Shown in pieces: positions 50,699-61,375 of a DNA stretch of 64,000 nt. Origin of the DNA: a bacterium (GTDB lineage: Bacteria; Zhuqueibacterota; Zhuqueibacteria; Residuimicrobiales; Krinioviventaceae); contig CAXXFV010000023.1 in the NCBI GenBank assembly GCA_963674595.2, positions 384,001 to 448,000 on the forward strand. The letters are read 5' to 3'. Positions within the stretch are counted from its first letter, which is position 1. Each line of letters opens with the position of its first letter. Below the pieces are notes generated by a model. The model made no database searches. It was not told the origin of the DNA and saw only the letters and a program-made list of their open reading frames with translations. Both the position numbers and the translations under genes were made by a program.

Positions 50699-52198
50699 AT
50701 GAATATTGGCAGAACAACACTGGGCAGTTTGGATTGGATTATTGTTATAATTTACGGCATTGGAATGTTGGCTGTTGGATTTTATTTTTCACGTAAAAAT
50801 AAAAGTTCGGATGATTATATGCTGGGAGGGAGAAACATGAAATCCTGGCGGGTCGGACTTTCCCTTTTTGCTACATTATTCAGTGCTGTCTCATATTTGT
50901 CTTTACCCGGTGAGATGATTAAACATGGTCCTATGATATGGTGTCTGCTGGCGGCGATTCCTTTTATTTATATCATTGTCAGTTATTTGTTTATCCCATT
51001 TATTATGAAATTGAAAATTTCCAGTGCCTATGAATTGCTGGAAACCCGTCTTGGAAAAAAGAACCGTATTTTAGCCTCTGTTTATTTTTTGATCATGCGA
51101 TTTGTTTGGATGTCCGTCATTATTTATATGTGTGCGGATAAAGTAATCGTACCGATTATGGGATGGTCTGAAAGTACGGCTTTGTGGGTCAGTATCATTA
51201 TGGGTGTTGTGACTGTTATTTATACCTCACAGGGAGGATTAAGAGGTGTTGTATTGACGGATGTTGTGCAAACTTTTATCTTGTTTGGCGGATCTTTGCT
51301 TGCTATCGTTCTTGTTGTAAAACAGTTGGGCAGTGTCTCTGCTATTATACCTTCTCAGTGGCCTGATCATTGGGACGGCTGGGTGTTTTTTGATACCAAA
51401 GCCAGAGTTAGTTTTGTAACGGCTGCTCTTTCAGTTTTTAGCTGGTATATTTGTACGGCAGGTTCTGACCAAATGGCCATTCAAAGGTATCTGGCAACAC
51501 GTGATGTTAAAGCTGCCCGTAAAATGTATCTCAGTTCTTTGCTTTCTAATGTTTTTGTTTATTTTATTTTGGCGGCCCTGGGACTTGCACTGATGGCATT
51601 TTTTAGTAACAATCCTCAACTTATTCCGGGTCATTCTACGTTGATGGAAAGTGCTGACTTGCTTTTCCCCCATTTTATTGTCATCGGTTTACCGGTAGGA
51701 TTTTCCGGCCTGGTACTGGCCGGGCTTTTGGCGGCTGCCATGTCCAGTTTGTCATCCGGAATTAATTCATCCTGTTTGGTTATTATTAAAGATTTTATCG
51801 TTCCTATGCGAAAAAATACATCGGAACAGGACCAGGTAAAGCTGGCAAAAATTATTTCCATCGTTATTGGTGTTGTTATTGTACTGTTGAGTTTGGTTAT
51901 CGGAAATGTTAAAGGCAATTTGCTGGAACTGACCTATAAAACCATCAATCTTTTAGTCGGGCCTCTTTTTGTTCCGTTTTTTGTGGCCATGTTTATGAAA
52001 AAAGCCACATCAACAGCTACTTTTATCGGTACTCTTTTCAGCGCACTTGTTGCTATACTGATCAGTTTTTCAAATGAAATTTTATCTGTTAATATTTCTT
52101 TTCTATGGATCATACCGGGATCTTTTATTGCAGGTGTTTTGGTAACTATTATATCAAGTTTTATTCGTTTTAAAGCCGATTCAAATAATTTGGATTAG
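50699..52198 (+). CDS. Sodium:solute symporter (SSS/SLC5; sialic-acid/sugar type)
   Basis: Y.LGGR, SAYE.LE.R, YT..GG..GVV.TD..Q, DQ..IQRYL, AAAMSSLSS.INS; about 13 TM segments. Confidence 0.93.
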   Translation: MNIGRTTLGSLDWIIVIIYGIGMLAVGFYFSRKNKSSDDYMLGGRNMKSWRVGLSLFATLFSAVSYLSLPGEMIKHGPMIWCLLAAIPFIYIIVSYLFIPFIMKLKISSAYELLETRLGKKNRILASVYFLIMRFVWMSVIIYMCADKVIVPIMGWSESTALWVSIIMGVVTVIYTSQGGLRGVVLTDVVQTFILFGGSLLAIVLVVKQLGSVSAIIPSQWPDHWDGWVFFDTKARVSFVTAALSVFSWYICTAGSDQMAIQRYLATRDVKAARKMYLSSLLSNVFVYFILAALGLALMAFFSNNPQLIPGHSTLMESADLLFPHFIVIGLPVGFSGLVLAGLLAAAMSSLSSGINSSCLVIIKDFIVPMRKNTSEQDQVKLAKIISIVIGVVIVLLSLVIGNVKGNLLELTYKTINLLVGPLFVPFFVAMFMKKATSTATFIGTLFSALVAILISFSNEILSVNISFLWIIPGSFIAGVLVTIISSFIRFKADSNNLD

Positions 52199-52210
52199 AA
52201 TACGATATCT

Positions 52211-53221
52211 ATGTCAACAGGACAAAAAACAGGTAAATTAAAGTTAACGCTGTCTGAATCAGACACATATATATACGAGCGTCAAATTCGGCCCTATCTA
52301 CCGGAACGAATTTTTGATGCCCACTCACATCTTATGAATACGGATTTTCATCAGATTGATGAGGATTTTAATACAAATCCGTTTTTTTATAATGTTGAAA
52401 TGCAAGACCTGGAAAATTGGTGGCGGATTTTGTTTCTGAATGTCCGGGTAAACGGATTGATTATGGGAACACCCGTATTTGATTGTGATGTGGTTGCTGA
52501 AAATGATTATGTCAGTAAAAGTATAACGGATTCGAATAATCGTTTTTCTTTAATGGTACATCCGGAAATGTCTGCGGACAGGTTGGAAAAATATATACAA
52601 ATTTATAAACCGGCAGGACTAAAACCCTATCTGCTGTTTGCAAAGGTTAACGATCAAGAAAATGCAAATATTACGGATTTTATTTCCGAAGAACAAATAG
52701 AACTGGCAAACAAATATAAACTTGCTGTTACACTGCACGTGTCAAAAACTAGAGGCATGGCTGACCCTGATAATTTATCTCAAATTCGCCGACTGGTGCG
52801 GCAGTATCCTGATTGTCAGTTTATCCTTGCACATTGCGGCCGGTGTTTTATTTCCATTAATATGCAAGATGCTCTCGGTTCTCTGCCGGTCGCCGAAAAT
52901 TTATGGATTGATACCTCTGCCGTGTGTGATGTGGGCGTTTTTTTACATTTATTTTCCAAATATGATTCCGGCAGGATTTTATTCGGCACGGACCTGGTAA
53001 CACCGACAGCATTTAGAGGTGGCTATGTCGGATTGGGAATGGGATGGCATACCTGTACCTACCAAATGCTGGACCCGCACGGAAAACGGCAAAACCGTTC
53101 AACGTTTGCTGTTTATGAAAGTCTTTCAGCCCTTTTTCAGGCCGTCAGGTTTTGTAAATTGGACAAGAAAGAGATTGAAAATATATTTTATAATAATGCA
53201 GCGGCACTTTTTAATTTTTAA
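52211..53221 (+). CDS. Amidohydrolase_2 family metal-dependent hydrolase
   Basis: IFDAHSH, GLKPY, TLH, LAHCG, DTSA, LFGTD, IFYNNA. Confidence 0.85.
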   Translation: MSTGQKTGKLKLTLSESDTYIYERQIRPYLPERIFDAHSHLMNTDFHQIDEDFNTNPFFYNVEMQDLENWWRILFLNVRVNGLIMGTPVFDCDVVAENDYVSKSITDSNNRFSLMVHPEMSADRLEKYIQIYKPAGLKPYLLFAKVNDQENANITDFISEEQIELANKYKLAVTLHVSKTRGMADPDNLSQIRRLVRQYPDCQFILAHCGRCFISINMQDALGSLPVAENLWIDTSAVCDVGVFLHLFSKYDSGRILFGTDLVTPTAFRGGYVGLGMGWHTCTYQMLDPHGKRQNRSTFAVYESLSALFQAVRFCKLDKKEIENIFYNNAAALFNF

Positions 53222-53236
53222 TTAAAGTTATTTAAT

Positions 53237-54577
53237 ATGAAAAGTAATATCACATCGAATTCTAAATTCAATAAATCAAAGGCACTGTACGATCAGGCTT
53301 GTGAGCTATTTCCCTATGGCACTCAATTGTTCAGCCGTCGGCCGGAATTAGGCGCGTTTGGTCAAGCTCCAATTTATTTTGATCATGCAAAGGACGCCCA
53401 TTTCTGGGACATTGACGGCAATGAATTCATTGATACGGCCATGGGTGTTGGTCCTGTTATTCTGGGTTACTGTTACGAATCCGTTGACCAGACGGTAAAA
53501 GAACAAATTGAAAAAGGTGTTTTGGGGAGCATTAATCACAAACTGGAGATTGATGTAGCGCAGGCCATTACCGAAATGGTGCCCTGTGCCGAAATGATCA
53601 AGTTTTGTAAAAGCGGCGGCGAGGCTGATGCCGTTGCCGTACGAATTGCCAGAGGATACACCGGTAAAGATAAAGTCGTTTTTTGCGGGTATCACGGCTG
53701 GCATGACTGGTATCTGGCTGCGAATCTGGAATCGGATTCTTCGCTTGACAGACATTTACTGCCCGGACTGGCGCCCAAAGGCGTGCCGGTTTCTCTGGCC
53801 GGGACCTGTCTGCCTTTTGAATATAATAATCTTGATCAGCTTGAATCGGTATTGAAAAACAACAGCGGTCAGGTCGCCTGTATTATTATGGAAGCAACGC
53901 GTTTTAAAAAACCGGAGCCCGGGTTCCTTGAAGGTGTGCGTCAATTGGCTGATAAACATGATTGTCTGTTGATTTTTGATGAAGTGATAACCGGATTTCG
54001 TATGTCGGCCGGGGGTGCGCAGGAGTTTTTTGGTGTTACTCCGGACCTTGCCACTTTTGCCAAAGCCATTGCCAACGGCTACTCTTTAGCGGCTGTTGCA
54101 GGTAAAAAAGAGATAATGAAAACCCAGGCGGATAATTTTATCAGCAGCACCTATTGGAGCGATTGTGTTTCCCTGGCAGCCGGACTCGCTACGTTAAATG
54201 AAATTAAAAGAAAACCGGTGATTGAAACCATTAATTCAACAGGTCACAAACTTGTCAAAAGTTTGAGCGAAACAGCCCAAAACCATGAACTCGATGTTAG
54301 TGTGTCCGGGCATGGATTTGATTTTACACTGAGTTTTAATTACGATGCCGTCTCACAGAAATTAATGACATTGTTCATTCAGGAAATGATTGAACGCGGC
54401 ATTTACACCAATGGTGTGTTTTATCCATGCTTTACACACAAACCTAAAGACATTGAGAAAATCCTTCTGGCGGCTGATCAGGTTTTTGCCGTGATAAAGC
54501 AGGGTATCCAAGAAAACAAGATAGACCAATTGTTAAAATGTCCGGTCCGTCAAACCGGTTTTCGCAGGCTTGCATAA
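53237..54577 (+). CDS. Class III aminotransferase, glutamate-1-semialdehyde aminomutase-like
   Basis: WDIDGNEFID, KSGGEA.AVAVRIAR, GYHGWHDW, FDEVITGFR, FAKAIANG, SSTY. Confidence 0.88.
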   Translation: MKSNITSNSKFNKSKALYDQACELFPYGTQLFSRRPELGAFGQAPIYFDHAKDAHFWDIDGNEFIDTAMGVGPVILGYCYESVDQTVKEQIEKGVLGSINHKLEIDVAQAITEMVPCAEMIKFCKSGGEADAVAVRIARGYTGKDKVVFCGYHGWHDWYLAANLESDSSLDRHLLPGLAPKGVPVSLAGTCLPFEYNNLDQLESVLKNNSGQVACIIMEATRFKKPEPGFLEGVRQLADKHDCLLIFDEVITGFRMSAGGAQEFFGVTPDLATFAKAIANGYSLAAVAGKKEIMKTQADNFISSTYWSDCVSLAAGLATLNEIKRKPVIETINSTGHKLVKSLSETAQNHELDVSVSGHGFDFTLSFNYDAVSQKLMTLFIQEMIERGIYTNGVFYPCFTHKPKDIEKILLAADQVFAVIKQGIQENKIDQLLKCPVRQTGFRRLA

Positions 54578-54607
54578 CCATTTTAGACTAGTTAAACAGG
54601 AATTTTT

Positions 54608-55564
54608 ATGAACCAACGATTATTAGGACATACAGGAATTTCCGTATCGGAAATTTCCTTCGGTGGTGTGGAAATCGGTATTCCCTACGGCATCGGCGTT
54701 AACAGTGTTGAGGACATGCCGACCGATTCCCAATCGATTGATCTTTTACATGCTGCCATTGACAAAGGTATCAATTTTTTTGATACGGCCAGGGCCTATG
54801 GGCGCAGCGAAGAAATTATGGGCAAAGCATTTAAGGGAAAAAGAGACCAGGTCGTCATTTGTACCAAATGCAGCCATTTATCCTCTGATGAAGAAAAGTT
54901 GGCCGATAAGCAGTATGTGACAGAAACAATAAATTCTTCAATTCAACAGAGTTTGTCCGAGTTGCAAACCGATTATATCGATGTTTATAAACTGCACAAC
55001 GCTCATCCGAATATATTAAAAAATGAGACTGTTTTAGATACTTTTGCAAAATTAAAAAAAGAGGGTCTTGTACGGGCGGCTGGTGTTTCCACCTATGCGG
55101 TGCAGGAAACGCAGCTCGCCATTGAACAGGGTGTGTGGGATGTTGTACAATTGTCGTTCAACCTGCTGGACCAGCGTCAATTAGCCCTTTTTGATATGGC
55201 CCAAAAAGCCGGTATCGGCATTGTTATCCGTTCGGTTTTGTTAAAGGGTATTTTAAGTGACAAGGGGCGTAACCTGCATCCGGCATTAAAAACCGTCCAG
55301 GAATACCGGGAACGTTACCAGTCCCTGTTGGATGATAATGTTTCTTCACTGTCGGTATTGGCGACAAAATTTGCCTTGTCATTTTCCCAGGTTTCTTCTG
55401 TTCTTGTCGGCATCGACCGTATGGAATACCTGGAAAAAGCCGTTGAAACGGCTGATGGGCACTATTTGAATTCAGATGTTTTACAAAAATTAAAAAACCT
55501 TGCCTATCCGGACCCGGCATTTCTTGATTTACCGAAATGGGACCGTGAGGGATGGTTAAAATAA
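54608..55564 (+). CDS. Aldo/keto reductase
   Basis: LG.TG..VS.I.FG, GINFFDTARAYG.SE, TK, SL..LQTDYID, GVS, L.KG.L. Confidence 0.92.
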   Translation: MNQRLLGHTGISVSEISFGGVEIGIPYGIGVNSVEDMPTDSQSIDLLHAAIDKGINFFDTARAYGRSEEIMGKAFKGKRDQVVICTKCSHLSSDEEKLADKQYVTETINSSIQQSLSELQTDYIDVYKLHNAHPNILKNETVLDTFAKLKKEGLVRAAGVSTYAVQETQLAIEQGVWDVVQLSFNLLDQRQLALFDMAQKAGIGIVIRSVLLKGILSDKGRNLHPALKTVQEYRERYQSLLDDNVSSLSVLATKFALSFSQVSSVLVGIDRMEYLEKAVETADGHYLNSDVLQKLKNLAYPDPAFLDLPKWDREGWLK

Positions 55565-55593
55565 ATCAGAATTTTAAATTTGCGAGATAAATT

Positions 55594-56511
55594 ATGTTAA
55601 AATTAGGTGTCATCGGTATGAGTCCGGGAAATGGTCATCCCTATTCCTGGTCTGCTATTATTAACGGCGATTATAATAAACAGGTAATGGATACATGTGA
55701 ATTTGCCGGTATCCCGGTTTACCTGGCTGCCAACAAGGACACATTGGGCATCAACGGGGCCAACGTTACCCATATCTGGACCCAGGAAAAACAGATTTCG
55801 CAGCATATTGCCGAAGCAAGTTTAATTGACAATATTGTTGAAAATCCCCGGGACATGATCGGCCAGGTTGATGCTGTTTTATTGGCCCGGGATGATCCGG
55901 AAAATCATGTGCAAATGGCCAAACCCTTTATCGATGCTGGTGTGCCGATTTTTATCGACAAACCGCTGGCATGTACGGCTAAAGATTTGGAATATTTTAC
56001 CGAAATGAATAACAGCGACAAATTTATCATGTCCTGTTCTTCCATGCGCTATGCCACTGAAAGCCGTGCTGTTAAGACGGAAATGGCTTCCATCGGAAAG
56101 ATCGAACTGGTAACTGCTGTCGGCAAAAAAGACTGGATTAAATACGGCGTGCACATGCTGGAAGGTCTTTTTGCCTTTTTGGATGATCCGATTGCCAAAA
56201 CAGTCACCCATGTGAGTTCCTCCCATAAAGACATTGTCTATGTGGAATTTGAAACCGGCTTGGTGGCCACGGTCCATCTTTTTTATGATATTGTTCCGAC
56301 TTTTCAAATATCCGTATTCGGACAGTCGGGCTGGCGTTTGATCGAATATAAAAACTGGTACGCCATGTTTCGAGATAATCTTATCGAATTTATACGTTCC
56401 GTCCAACAAGGACAACCCAGATTGACCTTTGATAAAACACAAAACATTATTAAAACCCTGATCGGCGCCCAACAAAGCCTGGAAAAAGGTGGTGTGAAAA
56501 TTTCATTATAA
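55594..56511 (+). CDS. Gfo/Idh/MocA-like oxidoreductase
   Basis: LGVIG...GNGH, VDAV, H......F...G.PIFIDKP, SSMRY, YGVH. Confidence 0.82.
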   Translation: MLKLGVIGMSPGNGHPYSWSAIINGDYNKQVMDTCEFAGIPVYLAANKDTLGINGANVTHIWTQEKQISQHIAEASLIDNIVENPRDMIGQVDAVLLARDDPENHVQMAKPFIDAGVPIFIDKPLACTAKDLEYFTEMNNSDKFIMSCSSMRYATESRAVKTEMASIGKIELVTAVGKKDWIKYGVHMLEGLFAFLDDPIAKTVTHVSSSHKDIVYVEFETGLVATVHLFYDIVPTFQISVFGQSGWRLIEYKNWYAMFRDNLIEFIRSVQQGQPRLTFDKTQNIIKTLIGAQQSLEKGGVKISL

Positions 56512-56521
56512 AGGATTTAAA

Positions 56522-58012
56522 ATGATTCGTTTTATTTTTAAAACCGCAGCTCTATTTATTATAGTAATTATAACAGGTTGTTCACAACCGCAGAAAGAGA
56601 TTGTTAAGAACCTGGTTGCCGACAAAAGTAATTTCAGAGAAAACATCGGCGGTGAATTTATTGTTCACAAATGGGAAAAAGAAGGTAAACCGGTATTTGA
56701 AAAAAAATATGATTGGGAAGGAATTGGTCCCAATTATGTTAAGGTTTTTAAAAAAGGTGACGGATACCTCATGTTTTACGGAGGATATTGCCTCGAAGGC
56801 GTGAATAAAAATAATTATCCAACGGGAATCGCCTGGTCGGATGATGGCTTGAACTGGAAACGTCAACCTAATAGTCTTGATAAAGACGGATTTGACTATC
56901 AGGCATTGGACAGGGCTTATTTCCCGGACAATCCAACCGGATTTGATTATCTCGGAATTGCCATTTATCGAGCCACAAAAGAATTGCCCTTTAGAGCAGA
57001 CTTTTACAAATCGGAAAACGGACTTGACTGGGAAAAGTTTAAAAAAGACGAAAAGACATGGTGGTTTGGTCCTTCTGATGTGATCGACTTTTTTTATGAT
57101 TACACCCGAAAAAAGTTTTACATGTACCATAAAATCTGGAAGGTTGAGGGCACAAAACTTGATGGAGAAAAATATGTTGGCTATTTCCCATCTTTTAGAC
57201 CTGAAATGGACAAAGAAAAAGAGACCGTTCGAATTACGGCAATAAAAGAACTTTTCACAAACAATGAAAATATAGATATTACGTTGCATTGCAAAGGGAA
57301 TGGTCATCAGGACGGCGGCGGCGGGACCATTACCAAAGACATGCGAATGCTGCGGGTGATTGCCATTGCAGAGAGTAAAGATTTTTTAACCTGGACAAAT
57401 CAACATGTTTTATTAGAACCCGAATTTGATAATTTAACCGCGCAGTTTTATTCGTCTCCGGTGCTGCCTGTTTACGGTATCCATGTTTGTTTTCCTCGCT
57501 ATTTGCAGGGTGACACCGGAGAAATGACGGTATTATTTGGCATGAGTGATACGAAAAAGCTGGAATTAGCGTCACTCGAACCAGTGCTTGCGTGCGGTCC
57601 AAAGGGTGCGTGGGATTCAGGCCTTATATTGGGTTCCGAGCCGATTGAACTTGACGGCAAATTGTGCATGTATTACACGGGAAGAAGAACAGATCACACG
57701 ATTAGTGTCACCTCCACGCATATTTCTGCTCTTGGCAGGGCCTGGCTGCGTATTGATGGTTTTGTATCGTTTACCGGCGGGAGGCTCGTTACCAAAAACA
57801 TGGATGTCAATGGCACCAAATTAATAATCAATGCAAAGGGAAAAGTAACAGCAAGACTCTTTGATGAGAATGGTACTGAGATAAATTCCGGTGCTTTTTC
57901 CGGAAACTGTATAAATGGAATAATGATGGAAACAGCCCCGCAAAAAGGCCAAACAGGGTATATTGAATTTGATTGCCATGAAGGTGAGTTGTTTTCTTTT
58001 TGGTTTGAATAA
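56522..58012 (+). CDS. Lipoprotein, beta-propeller (GH43/130-like), distant paralog of 41679 and 61376
   Basis: Lipobox ITGC, WEG, YLMFY, AWSDDGLNW, SENGLDW, ESKDFLTW, G.WD, LRIDGF.S, ELFSFWF. Confidence 0.6.
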   Translation: MIRFIFKTAALFIIVIITGCSQPQKEIVKNLVADKSNFRENIGGEFIVHKWEKEGKPVFEKKYDWEGIGPNYVKVFKKGDGYLMFYGGYCLEGVNKNNYPTGIAWSDDGLNWKRQPNSLDKDGFDYQALDRAYFPDNPTGFDYLGIAIYRATKELPFRADFYKSENGLDWEKFKKDEKTWWFGPSDVIDFFYDYTRKKFYMYHKIWKVEGTKLDGEKYVGYFPSFRPEMDKEKETVRITAIKELFTNNENIDITLHCKGNGHQDGGGGTITKDMRMLRVIAIAESKDFLTWTNQHVLLEPEFDNLTAQFYSSPVLPVYGIHVCFPRYLQGDTGEMTVLFGMSDTKKLELASLEPVLACGPKGAWDSGLILGSEPIELDGKLCMYYTGRRTDHTISVTSTHISALGRAWLRIDGFVSFTGGRLVTKNMDVNGTKLIINAKGKVTARLFDENGTEINSGAFSGNCINGIMMETAPQKGQTGYIEFDCHEGELFSFWFE

Positions 58013-58032
58013 AAATTATAACAGGAAAGTAT

Positions 58033-59142
58033 ATGACACCCAGAGAACGTGTTAAAGCTGTATATAAAGGTCAAACACCGGATAAAGTCCCTTTAATGCT
58101 GGACCTTTCACACTGGTATAAAAAAAATTACAATGTGTTTTTTGATCTGACGGGCTTTAAAAAGGTTGAGCAGCCGTTGGTGGATTTGCATAAAAAATGT
58201 GGTGCGGTTTTATATGTTGAGACCGGCAGTCATACTGAAATATATTATGAGGACGATACCATCAAGTCAAATGCCTGGACTGATGAGGAAGGTGTTTTTC
58301 ATACGGAAATAGTTACCCCACTCGGTACAATTTCCGAAGAGCGGGTATTCAGTCCGGAATCTTATTCTTATCATGTTCGGAAATGGCTGGTACAGAATAT
58401 TAATGATATAAAGATATTGGAATATGCCATGCAGCGGAGAAAATGCAGACCCCTGTTTGACCGCTATAATGCATGGACAGAAGCGACCGGTGAATTGGGT
58501 TATATTTATACGGCGTTACCCTATTCCGGCTTGGGATTCCTGATTTCTCGTTTCATGGGTGTTGAAAATACGATCATGGCCATTTATGATTACCCAAAGG
58601 AAATTGAAAATTTTATCACAACTGTAAATGAATCCAATCTGAAAATACTTGATGCAATTATTGATCAACCATTTGAGACATTGATTGTTGGTGATAACCA
58701 TGATTCAAATGTACAAAGTCCGGCGTTGTTTAAAAGATTTACTTTTGACTATTATAAAGAAATTGCCCGACGTGTTCATGAAAAAAACAAATTCCTGGCC
58801 GTACATGTTGATGGTGAGATGAGAGGATTATTAAAGTTAATGGCCGAATGTGATGTTGATTGTATTGACGCAGCCACCCCGGCGCCCATGTTTGCTTTAT
58901 CTCCTGAACAAGCGCGAGAAGAAGCCGGTAAAGATTTGATCCTGTCGGGCGGCATTCCGGCCACGGTTTTTGGTAAAACCGGTACGGATAAAGAGTTTAT
59001 TGATTCGGTAAAACGCTGGCTGGAAACAAAAAATCAATCGTCCCGGCTCATTCTCGCTGCCGGTGACCAGGTGCCGACAGATGCACCCTGGCATCGTATT
59101 GAAATGCTTTCACAGCTTGTGGATGAATACGGAAGATATTAG
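58033..59142 (+). CDS. UroD/MtaA-CmuA superfamily protein
   Basis: MTPRERV...TPDKVP, TPLG, GDN, VHVDG, TPAP, SGGIP, GDQVP. Confidence 0.8.
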   Translation: MTPRERVKAVYKGQTPDKVPLMLDLSHWYKKNYNVFFDLTGFKKVEQPLVDLHKKCGAVLYVETGSHTEIYYEDDTIKSNAWTDEEGVFHTEIVTPLGTISEERVFSPESYSYHVRKWLVQNINDIKILEYAMQRRKCRPLFDRYNAWTEATGELGYIYTALPYSGLGFLISRFMGVENTIMAIYDYPKEIENFITTVNESNLKILDAIIDQPFETLIVGDNHDSNVQSPALFKRFTFDYYKEIARRVHEKNKFLAVHVDGEMRGLLKLMAECDVDCIDAATPAPMFALSPEQAREEAGKDLILSGGIPATVFGKTGTDKEFIDSVKRWLETKNQSSRLILAAGDQVPTDAPWHRIEMLSQLVDEYGRY

Positions 59143-59172
59143 TTTTAATTATTGAGAATATAGAGAGAACCT

Positions 59173-60105
59173 ATGAAACCCCTGAAACACCATGAAATTC
59201 GCGGTAATTGGGCGACATTACTTTTGCCGATTCAAAGTGATGATTCGATTGATTATTCGCTGCTATCCGAACAAATTGACCGGTTTATAGAATTTAAAGT
59301 CAGCGGCATTTATTCCAACGGAACGGCCGGTGAATTTTATAATCAAACAGAGCAAGAGTTTGACAAAATCAGTGAATTGCTGGCCGAAAAGTGTAACAAA
59401 GCTGATATGCCTTTTCAAATCGGTGTCAGTCACATGAGTCCGATACTTTCGCTGGGACGTTTGCAGCGGGCTGTCCAACTAAAACCCGGCGCTGTTCAGG
59501 TTATCTTGCCGGATTGGGCGCCGACCTGTTTTGAAGAAAATGTTGTGTTTATGCAGAGAATGGCTGAACAGGCCGGAGATATTGGACTGGTTTTATACAA
59601 TCCTCCCCATGCAAAGCGTCATTTACCACCGGCTGGTATTATAAAACTAAAGCAGCACCTGCCTTCACTCATCGGTGTTAAAACGGCCGGAGGCGTTGCA
59701 ACCTGGTATCAAGAAATGCAAAGCATCATGTCTGAACTTTCGGTTTTTGTTCCCGGACACAAACTAGCCGGAGGTTTTCAGCAAGGTGCGCATGGCGCCT
59801 ATTCAAATGCAGCCTGTTTGAATCCGTTGGCTGCACAATTGTGGTATAACCAAATGCTGGTAAATATTGACGAGGCGCTTTTACTGGAAAAGCGTATTGT
59901 CACGTTTTTTGAAGATTATATCAGGCCTTATATTACAAAACAACAATATTCCAATCAAGCCGTTGATAAACTGTTGGCTTGCATCGGCAACTGGACGCCG
60001 ATCTCGCCCCGTTTGAGATGGCCCTATAAATCTGTTCCTGAACAGGATGTAAAGGAAATACGAAAAGCCGGTAAGGCGTTGTTACCCGAATTTATACTAA
60101 ATTAA
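59173..60105 (+). CDS. DHDPS/N-acetylneuraminate lyase family aldolase
   Basis: GIYSNGTAGEF, LYNPP, GVK (Schiff-base Lys). Confidence 0.85.
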   Translation: MKPLKHHEIRGNWATLLLPIQSDDSIDYSLLSEQIDRFIEFKVSGIYSNGTAGEFYNQTEQEFDKISELLAEKCNKADMPFQIGVSHMSPILSLGRLQRAVQLKPGAVQVILPDWAPTCFEENVVFMQRMAEQAGDIGLVLYNPPHAKRHLPPAGIIKLKQHLPSLIGVKTAGGVATWYQEMQSIMSELSVFVPGHKLAGGFQQGAHGAYSNAACLNPLAAQLWYNQMLVNIDEALLLEKRIVTFFEDYIRPYITKQQYSNQAVDKLLACIGNWTPISPRLRWPYKSVPEQDVKEIRKAGKALLPEFILN

Positions 60106-60178
60106 AAATTAATACGTTCGTTAATGTCCAGGTTTTTGAAACAGTCAACCGAAACAGAACAAGGAAAGGAATTTTGAT

Positions 60179-61348
60179 ATGAGAGATTACAAAAAATTTG
60201 CCTTAAAATTAATTTTTTTATGCTTTGTATTTTCCGGTCAGTTGTACAGTCAAAAAATATCAGCAGAAATTATTTCTTCAAAAATTATCTGCTCTGAAGC
60301 TGACAGGTATATTGGTTGGCCCACAGTTATCTTGACACAGGAAAAAGAACTTGTTGCTGTTTTCTCCGGAGACCGGGATTATCATGTATGTCCGTGGGGA
60401 AAAACGCAAATGATAAAAAGTACCGACATGGGTGAAACCTGGTCGGAACCGGTGACGATTAATAATACACCTCTTGATGACCGGGATGCCGGTATTTTGC
60501 AGACATCCAAAGGAACGCTGCTTGTCACATGGTTTACGTCAAAGTTTTTTATATACGCTTGTGAAGAAAAAGATGACAGATGGCCGGTAGAAACATGGGA
60601 AAGACATATTGAAAAAATCAGTGCGGAAACCCAGAAAAAATGGCTTGGAAATTGGGTGCGCCGGTCTGAAGACGGCGGCAGAACATGGGGTGAATATATT
60701 CCTACAATTGTTAACGCTCCCCATGGTCCTGTTCAACTTGCAGATGGACGGCTATTGTACCTGGGTATCAATCAAATAATCGGAGATAAAAAAAGTGAGA
60801 ATCCTCCGGACCAGCAGCGTATGGCCGCCGCAGAGTCCGTTGATGATGGATTGACATGGAATATTATCGGTTATATCCCTGTGCCTGAGGGAATGGAAAA
60901 TGATGCAAAAGGTTGTCATGAACTTCATGTTGCTGAATGTAAAGACGGGAAAATTGTAGCCATGATTCGTAAACACGGCGAGCCCGGAGATCGTTATTTG
61001 TGGCAATCAGAGAGCAGTGACGGCGGCAAAACCTGGACTATGGCGCACCAAACGGAAATTTGGGGATTCCCGCCGCATCTTTTATGTTTAAATGACGGGC
61101 GACTTTTAGTAACCTATGGCCGCCGAAAAGAACCGTTTAGCGAGCGGGCTTGCATCAGTTCGGATGGCGGTGAAACCTGGGACGTTGAAAACGAACTGAC
61201 TATATCAAATGCAGCGAATAGTGATCTCGGTTATCCGGCATCTGTTCAGCTTGATGACGGATCTATATACACTGTTTTTTATCAGGCCCCTGCAGACGGG
61301 CAAAAGACCTGTTTAATGGGGACACATTGGCGTATTGTAGAAAATTAA
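60179..61348 (+). CDS. Secreted sialidase-like (GH33-like) BNR-repeat protein
   Basis: Five Asp boxes (STDMGETW, SEDGGRTW, SVDDGLTW, SSDGGKTW, SSDGGETW), DDRD, DLGYP; signal peptide. Confidence 0.8.
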   Translation: MRDYKKFALKLIFLCFVFSGQLYSQKISAEIISSKIICSEADRYIGWPTVILTQEKELVAVFSGDRDYHVCPWGKTQMIKSTDMGETWSEPVTINNTPLDDRDAGILQTSKGTLLVTWFTSKFFIYACEEKDDRWPVETWERHIEKISAETQKKWLGNWVRRSEDGGRTWGEYIPTIVNAPHGPVQLADGRLLYLGINQIIGDKKSENPPDQQRMAAAESVDDGLTWNIIGYIPVPEGMENDAKGCHELHVAECKDGKIVAMIRKHGEPGDRYLWQSESSDGGKTWTMAHQTEIWGFPPHLLCLNDGRLLVTYGRRKEPFSERACISSDGGETWDVENELTISNAANSDLGYPASVQLDDGSIYTVFYQAPADGQKTCLMGTHWRIVEN

Positions 61349-61375
61349 TTTTATAAGGATAAAAGGAATATCGTT

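Noticed and set aside
53237-59142. HemL-like plus UroD-like genes as a heme biosynthesis cluster
   Set aside because: No hemA, B, C or D genes. Both proteins are divergent and embedded among sugar catabolic genes.
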